DNA of 64,000 bases from Sphaerodactylus townsendi (lineage: Eukaryota). The position numbers were made by a program, and so were the translations under genes. The notes under the pieces are model-generated. The model did not search any database and was not told the DNA's origin. It saw nothing but the letters and a program-made list of their open reading frames with translations. Positions 50,701 to 61,928 of the stretch are shown here, piece by piece. Within the stretch, counting starts at the first letter, position 1; every line of letters begins with the position of its first letter. The stretch lies in assembly GCF_021028975.2 (NCBI RefSeq), contig NC_059429.1, positions 85,250,001 through 85,314,000 of the forward strand, given 5' to 3'.

Positions 50701-51959
50701 AATGTTATATCTTCTAAAAGATGTCATTCCCTCTTGGAATTTTGCTGAAATCCTTGGCCTTGGCCATATATCGCTTTGCTATGTCTGGCACATTAGAGGA
50801 CTGCAGGCCTTGCTCAGCCCTCCCCAGCAATGCAAGAAAAGGAAACATTAAAAGAAAACCCCCATTACAGGAAGACATTTTCCACATACCAGACCAATTG
50901 TTCCAGTTTCCATTGTTTGCTCTTTGGAGCCTTCCCCCTTGAGGTAACTACCTGAGACTATTAGAATGGGGAGCAGGCCCATTGCTGGAACAAACCTTGT
51001 AACAAGATAACTGGCTATATTTTTGTTCAGCAAACTATGTAATAAAAATACAATGAGTCCCTTTTCAGAGAGGTACCTATTAAAGTAACAGACCCATTTT
51101 GAGAGTAAACTTCCAGTGGTACCGAAAGGTTAAGTACAATAGGAATCTGACCCACTGGAGGATTGGAACTTTCCCTTTGTGTCCTCTTTTAAAACGAATA
51201 CATTTTCAGCACGCCACCAACTGATTGTTCTTGATTCTCCCATTGTCCAGATGACAATGCGGCCCTCTTACATAGCTACATACCAGCAAGCAAGTGAGCG
51301 AAACCTGCAACAAGAATATGGCTTTATTTCCCCTTCAGCATAATGGGGTTATGCATTCAGCAGGCTTTCTGAAGTAATAAGGACTGGAATGAAAGCACGG
51401 ATTTCTTTTTGCTCAGTTCATTTTCATCTCTGCTTATTGTATCTTTGCAGGTCAGGGTGCCCTGAAGATCCTTTTTATATTTCTCTAACTTTGACCTTCT
51501 GCAGATTCTTTGAGCTCTTCTGTGAAATGAATTGTATGGAAACTTGAGAAAGATGGCCTCAGGTCGTCCATACAGGATATACTGCAGCATGGGCTGTTTC
51601 CCCTGCCAGCATCCCTTGCATCTAAAAAGAAAGTGGCCATTTTCTAAAGCTGATCTTTGCTATAAGGATTCTCTGTTGTGGGCAACACGAATAGGCAAAG
51701 AAAGTACGTATTCAGATTAGCCAGATGACAGGTGCAGGGACCTTGATTTGCTGTGAATTTTGAATTTCCATAATTGAGAGGTAACTTTGACATACAATGC
51801 CATTGCATTGGCTGATATCCCTTTGTTAGTGGATCTCACCTTAGCAAAAGGCAGACCTCTTGTTCCATATAAAATTAGTAAATGAGAAGCTGATGACACA
51901 TGAACAGTAGGAACATATGCATATACTCCACTTCTAGCGTTCCAGTTAGCTGAGACTGA

Positions 51960-52870
51960 GATCGATTCTGCGCAGCATAATTATACTAGGTTACATTTGG
52001 TATTTAAAACTCCAGGCCTATTTTATCCCGGTTTCTCCCTTTGCATGGGTTCACATTTCTGTGAAGGAGTCAAGTTAAGACTGGGAGGAAATACTCCAAT
52101 TTCTTTTGCATGAGCCCGGCTTTTTTTGTTTTTGCAATGTAGATGCAGCACGCATGCTCAAACTTCCCTGGTGTGCTGCATTCTGATTGGCTCTTCTGCC
52201 TCCCCTAAGCCGGTGCTTCTGACTGATGGATCCACAGCAACCACAGAAAAACCAAGCAGGACATCCCCCTTTTTTTCTCTAGCTTTGGAAAGGAACCAGT
52301 GCAGTGAGCAACATGGCAAGCACATTGTGCTATGCAAAGTAAAAACTTTTGACCAATACTGGGCAGAGCACTATGTCCCATCCACATTTAAAGGTGTGCA
52401 GGAAACCATAGTACGAGACATGCCCCCCCCCCCCCCCATATACCAAATAACATTTGTCTGGTCTTTGGGGCTGTCATGGAATGAGAAAATCCTGCCAGGC
52501 AGGTGCTTCCCCACCCCTCCCAGGATCCCATTGCAAACATGAGCTGGGAGCTGCAGAACTGGGCTGGCTGTGGCTCGGCTAGCGAGTGGCACTTGTGAGA
52601 GTGAGCTGGAACAGGGTGAGCATGAAGTAAGACAGGGAGATCAGGCAGTGGGGTGGGAAAAATAAATCAGTTTTGCTCCTGTGCCTTTTGCATGGAAGTG
52701 ATTCAACGCGGGATTTTGGAAAAAGATCAACATTTTAGTGGTTTTTGAAAAACCTGGAAAATATCGTGGGACAAACCCGCTTTAGGATTAGGATCTGTGC
52801 AAAGTTCTTGGCCAAACCGGGATATTTCTCTTGCTCAACCTGGGGTATTTGGACCATGTGGAAATAGCTT
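51960..52870. mobile_element. Probable Harbinger-like non-autonomous element
   Basis: Degenerate termini gatcgattctgcgcag / catgtggaaatagc resemble the ttccgcaca-type TIR family. Confidence 0.4.
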
Positions 52871-52964
52871 GAAAAATCAAGATCTAGTCAGGGCCAAACT
52901 AGTAACTTGAATAGTCATTCTCTGGAGGGCATATTTTTCAACACAACAGCAACTGGAATACACT

Positions 52965-53913
52965 GGTGGATTCCGCACAGCATAAATATAACGTCTTTAG
53001 GACCTTATTAAAAAATCCATTTTGGCATTTTGTGTTCCTACAATGTGGGAGAACACAAGAGTTGTCATCCAAAATGGATCTTTTTTCCTGCTTGCTGCTC
53101 GGAGGTCTTCACAGTGGTGCCTGCCATTTTGTGTGCTTTAGCAGATTCTCCATGGAGATTCCCCATGGAGGTTTCCTCTGCTTGCAGCTCATCTGTTTGC
53201 CATTTCATTGTAAAAAAAATAGGTGAATAAAATTTGTTTAGCCTAGTGATCCTGTGCACATGTTGTTTTTCCTTTTTGGTTTGTTTTGAGGGGGATATCT
53301 GTGAGGCTATGGTGACACAAATATGTGCATAGTGCAGTTTCTCTAATCATGTCACCATAGCTTCACAGACAACTCCCACAAAACAAAACAAAAAAGGGGG
53401 GAAATGATGTGCCAAATCCTGTGAAGATGCCAGCCACAGATGCAGGCGAAACGTCAGGAGAAAATGCTGCTGGAACACAGCCATACAGCCTGGAAACCAC
53501 ACAACACCCCAGTGATTCCAACCATGAAAGCCTTTGACAATACATTTATTCATCTACTTTTTACAGGGAAATAGGAAATAGATTAACTGCAAGCAGAGGA
53601 AACCTCATGGGGAATCTTCACAGAGAATGTGCTGCAGCATGCAAAATGGCGGGTGCAAGCAGTGGAAACAAAAGAGGTTTGGACTGCAGATATAAAACAT
53701 TTCCTGCCTGCTGACATTTGTTCAGCAGGTAAGAAACATCTTCAACCCAGGTCAGGGAGAAAAGATCTCTCATGTAGTGATTTTTGGAAAACACAGGTGA
53801 GAGGAATGTAGCAGGCTGAACTCCTTTTGGGGAAAAGAGCTGTGGAAATTTCTTCCCTGAAACACTTTTTATAACTTTCAAGAGACGTTATATTTGAGCT
53901 TTGCGGACAGATC
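52965..53913. mobile_element. Large palindromic non-autonomous DNA transposon (ttccgcacag-type TIR) with a Penelope insertion
   Basis: TIRs ggtggattccgcacagcataaatataacgtct / agacgttatatttgagctttgcggacagatc. Internal arms 53121-53230 vs 53546-53652 and 53266-53317 vs 53350-53404 are reverse complements. Confidence 0.8.
53417..53543 (+). mobile_element. Penelope-like terminal fragment with minimal hammerhead motif (53417-53459)
   Basis: tcct GTGAAGA t gccagc cacagat gcaggc GAAA cg TC agga...gcctttgacaatac. Confidence 0.85.
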
Positions 53914-54209
53914 TGTTACGACAGATGTTATTGGACTGTTAAATATCTTCAAAATGGACAATAGACCTAGATAAAGAGGGAACTTCATGACTTGAATTGG
54001 GTCCCAGCCTGGAACTGGACAACTTAGAACTGGACCTTGGAGCTACCTTTAATTTAGATACAGAGGGGATTAAGGCCTGAGCACACAGAATCCTAGATCA
54101 TGAGGCTCTAAGTTCAGACCATAAAGCTACAAATGTTTTTCTGGATTTTGTTGTCTTTATAATTAGTTATCTTCCTGATCTATCAAAAAGGGGAAGAATA
54201 ACATCTATC

Positions 54210-55513
54210 CAGGAATTCCCAACTTTTTGGGGGCCTGACTCTGAGAGCATCTTTGGAATTTTCACATAGGCTGGCAGGCACAACTACAAAATGGCTGCCA
54301 GAGAAGGAGGAATCAACCACAAACTATCAGAGAATGGAGTTATTTATAACCATAACAGTGCAATCCAGACAGTGGGGGTGACTGGGGATGGTACTGCTGC
54401 CATGCTGCCTCCGAAGTGCTTTCCAGAGGCATGGGGAGGGAGGAAACAGCAAAAACCCTCCCCATTGCCAGAAAGCCCTCCAGGTGGCACAACTGGCCAC
54501 AAACCCAGAGTGGGAGCTGACTAATGTCAGCTACAACCTCAATAACACCCCAGCTGGCCCCCTGTCCCATGCTCACATCTGGTCTAGACTCCAGTGCAGC
54601 TCTGGTGCAGCCAAGACTTCTGACTTTTGCGGTTATGGGTCTGAAGGGTGCCCAGTCACCCACGAGTCTCCTTCCTCCAGCAGCACATTTGCCCCTTGGG
54701 GAGAGGGCAAACGTGTTGGTGCGGAACTGCTCTGCCTCCTAAGATAAGCCCTTCTCCCAGATTGGGCTGTAATAATAACTCTTCAACATTTCAGACAGAA
54801 ACAGTAATAATAACTCTTCAACATTTTCAGACAGAAATCTTTTGGTGGTCCCTGGCCCCTCAATGATGCGGCTGGCCTCCACACGGGCCAGGGCCTTTAC
54901 GGCTCTGGCCCCAGCCTGGTGGAACACTCTTCCACCGGCCGGCCGGGCCCTGTGGGACCTTGGAGAGTTCCGCAGGGCCTGTAAAACGGAACTGTTCCGC
55001 CGGGCCTTTGGAGGGACCAGCCGCTGAAGGTGCCCCCCCCTTTTCCTTTTCCTTTAGCTCTTAACACCTGGGTCCTTCTATCTAATGGGACTCGCTGTTC
55101 CCTCCCTCTTAGGGGAGGATTTAAAATTAGGGTACTTGGACGCCTCTTATTACCATACTGCTGTTTTTAAAGGTTTTAACCATATTTATTTGTACTGAGA
55201 TTCATGTTGTACACCGCCCAGAGCCCCTAGGGGATGGGGCGGTATAAAAGTTTAAATAATAAATAAATAAATAAATAAACTCTGTTTAATGAAATGCTGT
55301 TTAACTGAATGCCTTTTTGTGCTGCGTTGGCAGCTGTATCTGAAGAAATTTTTTTTTAATCTGCAGTGTCAATTAAATCTCCAGAGGCACATCACAAGCC
55401 CTGCTTGGAGAAGGGTCCACCTGGCCACACACACCCCTTTTAAAAACAGTGAGGTCTAGGGAAAACGTTTGCGGGTGCCATGGCACCCTTTAGTGCCCTA
55501 TTGGGAACCTCTA
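54210..55513. mobile_element. hAT-like element hosting two nested insertions
   Basis: caggaattcccaac ... ttgggaacctct termini. Contains a MITE (54355-54770, acagtgcaatcc / gattgggctgt), a ~35-bp tandem duplication (54771-54838) and an L2 3' end. Confidence 0.6.
54842..55279 (+). mobile_element. Young 5'-truncated L2 LINE 3' end
   Basis: RLASTRARAFTALAPAWWNTLP...FRRACKTELFRRAF, then a 3' UTR and an (AATA)n tail; CpGs retained. Confidence 0.9.
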
Positions 55514-55980
55514 GTTTAGTCTGTATAGCCAAAGCAAGCCAATCAGAGCAGGGTTATAAGAAAGTGGCTTCAGTAATAGCAAACTTCATGCCCTGTAGGA
55601 GTTGGTCAGACATTATGGATTGATGGGTGAGGCTCCGATGATGAGCTAAAATAGCTTTTAGCCAGATTTTTGGCCCTAACAGATGTCCTGTGAAAAGCAA
55701 TTTAAGATTGCTTCCAGTTTGAAGAAGGAGCTGGCTGGACCAAACTAGGGTTGTCCTTAGGCACTCAGGAAGTACGTATTCACACATATTTTCTATGTGT
55801 ATGTCATTGTTCCAGATGATAGTAAGATATGTCCTTTCTTCTTCCTAAATAATCCTGCGTGGCTGAGGAGAAGATTGGAGCTATGATGGGTTTTTCAGGT
55901 TTTCAGTCTTCCTTAGTACATTGATTAGGCCTATGAGCATTCACAAAGCTAGAAGCCTTCACACAAATTGTAGTGTACTA

Positions 55981-56197
55981 CCGTGTTTCCCCGAAAATAA
56001 GACAGTGTCTTATATTAATTTTTGCTCCCAAAGATGCGCTATGTCTTATTTTCAGGGGATGTCTTATTTTTCTGTGTTCTGTTTGTCGGGCATGCTTCCA
56101 AACAAAAACTTTCGGGGGATGCCTTATATTTCGCACTTCAGCAAAACCTCTACTACGTCTTATTTTTGGGGGATGTCTTATATTTGGGGAAACAGGG
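55981..56197. mobile_element. Tc1/mariner (pogo/Tigger-like) MITE
   Basis: TA|ccgtgtttccccgaaaataagac ... gtcttatatttggggaaacaggg|TA, with repeated gtcttat subterminal motifs. Confidence 0.85.
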
Positions 56198-56319
56198 TAG
56201 ATAATGACTATTGATGATTATCTTCAGCATGTCTGAACCCAGGCAGAATGAACTGAATTACCTAGATATTGCCAGGTAAAATGGTGTTGTTATGTGGGTG
56301 AACAGAGAACACAGTTGGC

Positions 56320-57772
56320 CATGGACGTCAGTAAGGGGGGGGTTCTCAGGTCTGAACCCCCACATTCATGTCCGAAGCTCCGCCCCTCCGTTTGTGGGTT
56401 TTTAAAACATTTTAGTCCTTTTTCGGTTTTTGGCCTGCAGGGGGTGCATTGTTTGGGCTAGCAGCACCAAACTTTCTGAGATTGTTTGGGGGACACTCCT
56501 GATGATACTACCCAGGATCGGTGAGGTTTGGTTCAGGGGGTCCAAAGTTATGGTCTCCCAAAGAGGGTGCCCCCATCCTCCATTGTTTCCAATGGGAGCT
56601 AATAGAAGATGGGGGCTACACCTTTGAGGGTCCATAACTTTGGACACCCTGAACCAAACTTCACCAAATCTGGCAGGTATCATCAAGAGAGACTCTTACT
56701 GATACCACCCAGGTTTTGTGAAGTTTGGTCCAGGGGGTCCAAAGCTATGGACTCCCAAAGGGGGTGCCCCCATCCCCCATTGTTTCCAATGGGAGCTAAT
56801 AGGAGATGGGGGCTACATCTCCTTTGAGGGTCCATAACTTTGGACCACCTGAACCAAACTTCACCAAACCTGGGTGGTATCATTAGGTTAGACTCCTAAA
56901 GATACCCTGAAAGTTTGGTGCTTCTAGTTTAACAATTGCACCCCTGACAGCAGGCACCCCCCAAATTTCCCCAGATTCTCCTTTTAAATCCACCCCCTTC
57001 GGCATGGATTTAAAGGGAGAATCTGAAGTCCTCGGTTTAGAAGAATAAGAAGAGTTTGGATTTATATCCCCCCTTTCTCTCCTGTAGGAGACTCAAAGAG
57101 GCTTACAATCTCCTTGCCCTTGCTCCCTCACAACAAACACCCTGTGAGGTGGGTGGGGCTGAGAGAGCTCCGAAAAGCTGTGACTAGCCCAAGGTCACCC
57201 AGCTGGCATGTGTGGGAGTGCACAGGCTGATCTGAATTCCCCAGATAAGCCTCCACAACTCAAGTGGCAGAGCAGGGAATCAAACCCTGCTCCTCCAGAT
57301 TAGAATGCACCTGCTCTTAAGCACTACGCCACATTGAAAGTGATGCTGTTTCAGGGTGGAAGATAATCCACCCCAAAACAGCATCACTTTCAATGTTGTT
57401 TAACTAGGGACCCCAGATTTTCCCCTTAAGGTGGATTTAAAAGGAGAATTTGGGCTCTGTAGTTTAAACATCATTGAAAGTGATGCTGTTTGGGGGTGGA
57501 TTCCAGCATCACAGCGGCTGGTCGGGGTGGGGGTGGGTGGGCGCAAAACTCAGATTTTGCACCAGGCTCCATTTTCCCTCTATGCCTCTGCCCAGAGGAG
57601 AGGGGCAGGGCAGGGCAGGGCAGGGGAGTCTGCCATCCCCAACCTCAGAGAGCTGCTTTTATAAGTGCTGGGCCAGGGGTGGGGCTTGGGGAGGCGTGGC
57701 CATGCCCTAGGGGCGGGTGGGGGTGTGGCCCCACCCTGAACTCCCCCATAAAAATCTATACCTACGTCCCTG
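56320..57772. mobile_element. Full-length non-autonomous hAT element with 197-bp palindromic tandem units and a captured SINE (~57030-57332, minus)
   Basis: TIRs catggacgt / cctacgtccctg; perfect 8-bp TSD CAGTTGGC (56312-56319 and 57773-57780). Confidence 0.92.
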
Positions 57773-57817
57773 CAGTTGGCTCATGTGTTATCCTGATGGA
57801 CACATGAATATCTGGAT

Positions 57818-58313
57818 CAGGGGTGTCACACTCATTGGTTACGACATAAATGTGACTTGGTTGGGTCAGGTCTGGGGTAGGGGGGGATGGCTTCCTCAGC
57901 CAGTGAACCCCCAGGAGGCTGACCAGCACAGATCAGCACTGAGGTGGGGAGTGGCTGCCTCAGCTGTTGAGCCTGCAGTTGGCTCACCAGCCCAGAACAG
58001 CACTGGGGGAAGTGGTCAGGGTATGTGGCTGCCTTAACTGGTGAGCCCGAAATGGGCTCATCAAGACAGGCTGGGAGTGGTATGGGTGGGTGCCTGGATT
58101 GGTGAACCTTAAGCAGAATGGGGTGGGTACCTGATTGGCAAGATCAGGAGTGGGAAGGGTTGGGGTGGGGTTCCTGAACTGGCAAACCTGCAGTGGGGTC
58201 ACCAGGGCAGATCAGGAGTGAGAGGGGGGTTTCCTCAGCTGGCTTACAGGCCTGATAAGACCTCTCAAGGGGATGGATGCTGCAGACCGTAGACTGCATG
58301 TTTGACACTCCTG
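57818..58313. mobile_element. hAT (Charlie-like) MITE
   Basis: TIRs caggggtgtcacactc / gcatgtttgacactcctg. Confidence 0.7.
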
Positions 58314-58437
58314 ATTGAAATGTTAAATTTTGTAAAAGGGTATGTGGGCCTAGGAGACATAATTCTCATATATTTCATGTGTATGACTACTTTTTTTGGA
58401 TCAAGAGATGTTGGCAAGGAAACAGCCAAGACTGTAC

Positions 58438-58660
58438 GGTTAGATTTGAGTCCAATAGCACCTTAGAGACCAACAAGAGTTTCAGGATACGAGAATAGAA
58501 GGGGAGATCTGAGTCCTTTTATCCTAGTCAGAATGTGGAAAGGGTACTGTAAAGAATGCTTCTGAAGAATGTAAAGGTAAATTAGAGCAGAGGGGAAATT
58601 ATTACACCCTGAAATTCTTGTTGATCTCTAAGATGTTACTGGACTTAAATGTAACCTCTC
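58438..58660. mobile_element. Probable inverted Penelope-type remnant (another family)
   Basis: ggttagatttgagtccaatagcaccttagagaccaacaagagtttcagg is inverted relative to cctgaaattcttgttgatctctaagatgttactggacttaaatgtaacc. Confidence 0.5.
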
Positions 58661-61600
58661 TACTGCAGATCAATGCAGCTCCCCCTGGAAAAGCCTATAT
58701 TGTAGTAACTCCTGTGAAGAGGACCGGAGACTTTCTTTCCCACATTCTCATGCCATGTGTAATTGAGTGTCAAAACTGAGGAGAAGCTGGGATATCTGAC
58801 TGGATCTTCTTGGAAATTTTAAAACAGTGCCTTCAGCCCTAATTCAGGCTGTGACCATGGCAGAGAGTACAGAAGGGGTTTAACCTTTTCACTTCTGTAT
58901 TGCTTTGCCTATAAAAGCTGACACTCCTGTCTACACTATTGTTGGTCATGAAAGGGAAAAAAATGGGTGAATAATAGTGAAGTAGAAAAGCAATTGTAAT
59001 AAGCAACTCTGTATGTTTGAAAGGATTAAACTCTTTTTCCCCCCTTCCTGGCATGGCCTCAATCTGAATTGGGGCATTGCATGACTGCAATTTACTTTGT
59101 AAAGACCCCATGACAGATCTCAGATTGCCCTTATCTAGTGTGATCCTTAGGTTTGTGATTGGTTAGCACAAATCAGAGGAAAGGATGTGTCATCCAACAG
59201 CACATGCTGAGTTTTTGCATGCTAATTGACTTGGTCAGGAAAAGGCAGGTTAAAAATTGAAATAATCAACAACAACACAGAATAAATTGCCTAGTGAGGT
59301 CCTAATGAAGTCTATTATGTTGCTTACTGTACAGAATGTCCTGTCTCTCAATGAGTATAACTGGCTATTGGGTATATTGCAGGTTCCCATGCTACTGCTG
59401 GGGTTGTGATTTAGCTCTCAACCAGAAGTTTGGCTTCATTAAACGGGCATAAAATAGTATTGCACAGTGGATAGCCTAGGAGACCCTCTGGAAGTTCTGC
59501 GTTCAGTTGACAGCAATGAATAGTGGCTGAGAAACTAAGCTGTGAACCAGGAAGTCTTTGACTCACATCCCTTCTGTGCTCTATATTTGTCAAATGGTGG
59601 GCCATGTCTTGTCCTCAGTCCGGAGAGACTGCAGTGTTTAGTGTGGAGAGAGTAGCAAGTTCTACTAAAATAAATTTCGTGAAGTGCTTAAAATAGTCTG
59701 TATAAATGCTAGATATTCTTATTGAGTTTTGCTGTATAAAGTGGCCTCACTAATCATATGGTCTTTTGTTTGGTATAGATTGAAATCGGTACAGTTGTTG
59801 TGAATGTTAAGTATCCCTGAACCAGTCTTTCTGATGCTTGAAAAATCCTCTGGAGGTGTCTCAGTAATACATTATCAAGTGCCCAGCTCGTTGTTGACAG
59901 AATTCCAGCAGTAGGGTTCTGTGATGCCAAGTAACTTAAATCTCACCCAAATGGCATTTGAACACCTTTACGAACCTCTTTGAACAAGCAGCAGAACTAT
60001 CAGGGCAAATAGAGACCAAATACTTTTTCCTTGGGCAGTGTGTTACACCAAAAGCAAAGAGCCTTCTGTCACAGGCGGCATAGTGCAGTTGGCATGTTCT
60101 GTTGGGGTGAGGGTGAATTGCTGCCCCTTATCAGTGTTCCTCCCCTGCACATGGATGGCTTTTCTCTCCAGAAGATGAATCTATTTGGTCTCTGATGGGC
60201 TGTGGTACAGGGAGGATGCTGCCACAGCTGAAAATGGAACAGTGTAGGTTTCTGACTGGAATGGCTGTAGGAGCCAAATAGCAAGCGGCAAAGGAAACCC
60301 AATAGCCTGAAAAGCACAATGATTTGTTCAGAGAAGGGCAGGGAACCGAGATAAAAAAGCCCTGCTAAGATCAGAAACTCTGGCATGCACAGTGCCCCAT
60401 TGTTCAGCTGTCACGCTTCCCTTTACTTTATTGCTTTTGTCCAGCACCCTATTGTTCCACTTCCTTTTGTCCCCTATTCAGTGTGCTGGCTTTTCATTAC
60501 CCAGCCAGCCTTGTTGTTTTCATTTCTTTTGTCTGAAGTTCCTGAGAGGAAGGTTTTATTTTCAGCAGTTTGATTAATTCACAGCTTGAGACAGGCTTTG
60601 TTTGTTATGTAATTACTGCCCTGCGCTTTTCCAGTGCTCTGAGTGGCAGTGATGGTGGCGTTCGGCCAGTTGCAGTGACTGCTTTTGCCCCAAACCTTTT
60701 GTGTTCTTACTCCTGTTCTGTCTCGACACAACCAGAAAATTGCAGTGCCATCACAATGCAGTTGCCTTAGTCCTTGGTGGTCCAAGGCATGTTACCTCTG
60801 ATGGTGCAGTTCACTAGAAGTGCTTTTCCTGTATGGATAGCATCTTCCAAGGAGGAAAAGCATGCACAGCACAGCACAGCACAAGGGCTACAATTCTGCT
60901 GCAGTTGTACTTGCTGCTGATTAGCGTCCAGGGTTCACACCTTTATTTATTGATTACATCTCACCTTTATTCCCTCATGATACTCAGAACATGCAGAGAG
61001 AATTCCAATGAGATCTTCTTCCATATAGGCACTGATGAGGCCTAGATCTCCTTAGCTTCAATAGTGTTGCTGCATCAGGTGCCTTCCACCCATATCCTGA
61101 GCATATATTGTTACATCTCCTTGTATGATTGCACCATCTTTCCTGCCCTCCACATTTAGTGAAGAAGGCTTATTTTCATATCTTTTATTAGAGAAATAAT
61201 ATCAGTGATGGGAAGAGAAGCTTGGACTGATCATGATCTTTTGGTAGCATCAGGGTGTTGAAATGAAGTTTCTAGGGAGGTGCATAAGAATGTGTGTTTT
61301 TTAATTCACAGGAACATGAATGAAAAGCACATGTTCTCGCTGGGAGGGGGTATAATATGGTTTTTTAAGTGTACTCTAGAGCTGGGCTTTTCCTATACCT
61401 ATAATTTTATTGTAATGTTGTTTCTTTTCGATTTTGATAATGTGATCATTAGATTTAGATGAATTATAAAGTGTGGATATAATTTTGAATAAATACATTC
61501 TTTCTGGGTGGATTTATTTTTAAATAAAAACCATATCTCTGTGGCACCCAAATTTGTATTGGATTTAAATTGTATGGGAATGTGATTCAAAAGTTTTCTA

Positions 61601-61721
61601 TTAGACTTTAGTGTTTAGGAAAGCAAACATTAATGTTGTCAGTGTGCTGAACCACCCTTTTTAATCATGTCAACAACTCTCTCTCAAGCCTTCAACTCCC
61701 CTCCTGTGTTCCGTTTGCAGG

Positions 61722-61928
61722 ATGTCCATGAGGAGTCCTGCCTCTCCTCAGCTGGAGCTCAATGGAGCTGGGAACATGGTGAACTGCACTGTTAAAACAG
61801 AAGAGAAAAACGAGAGCTTTTACCAGTCCACACAGGGAGAGGCAATTAGCACAACGCCTGGTTCTGACAAGCCACACAAATCACCACTACCACTGAGTGA
61901 AGGCATCGATCCCCAGACCCTCCCACAG
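61722..61928 (+). CDS. SOX13: SOX13 (SoxD HMG-box transcription factor) first coding exon (exon 2; exon starts at 61721)
   Basis: Translates MSMRSPASPQLELNGAGNMVNCTVKTEEKNE...DPQTLPQ, matching the human SOX13 N-terminus as I recall it (MSMRSPISAQLALDGVGTMVNCTIKSEEKKE...DPQAPAQ). Acceptor ctcccctcctgtgttccgtttgcag|G-ATG, donor CAG|gtgggg at 61929, 69 codons, phase 0. Confidence 0.96.

Noticed and set aside
56430-56883. Regularly spaced palindromic repeats as a CRISPR-like array
   Set aside because: Eukaryotic locus; the units are full tandem copies without unique spacers and lie within a hAT element.
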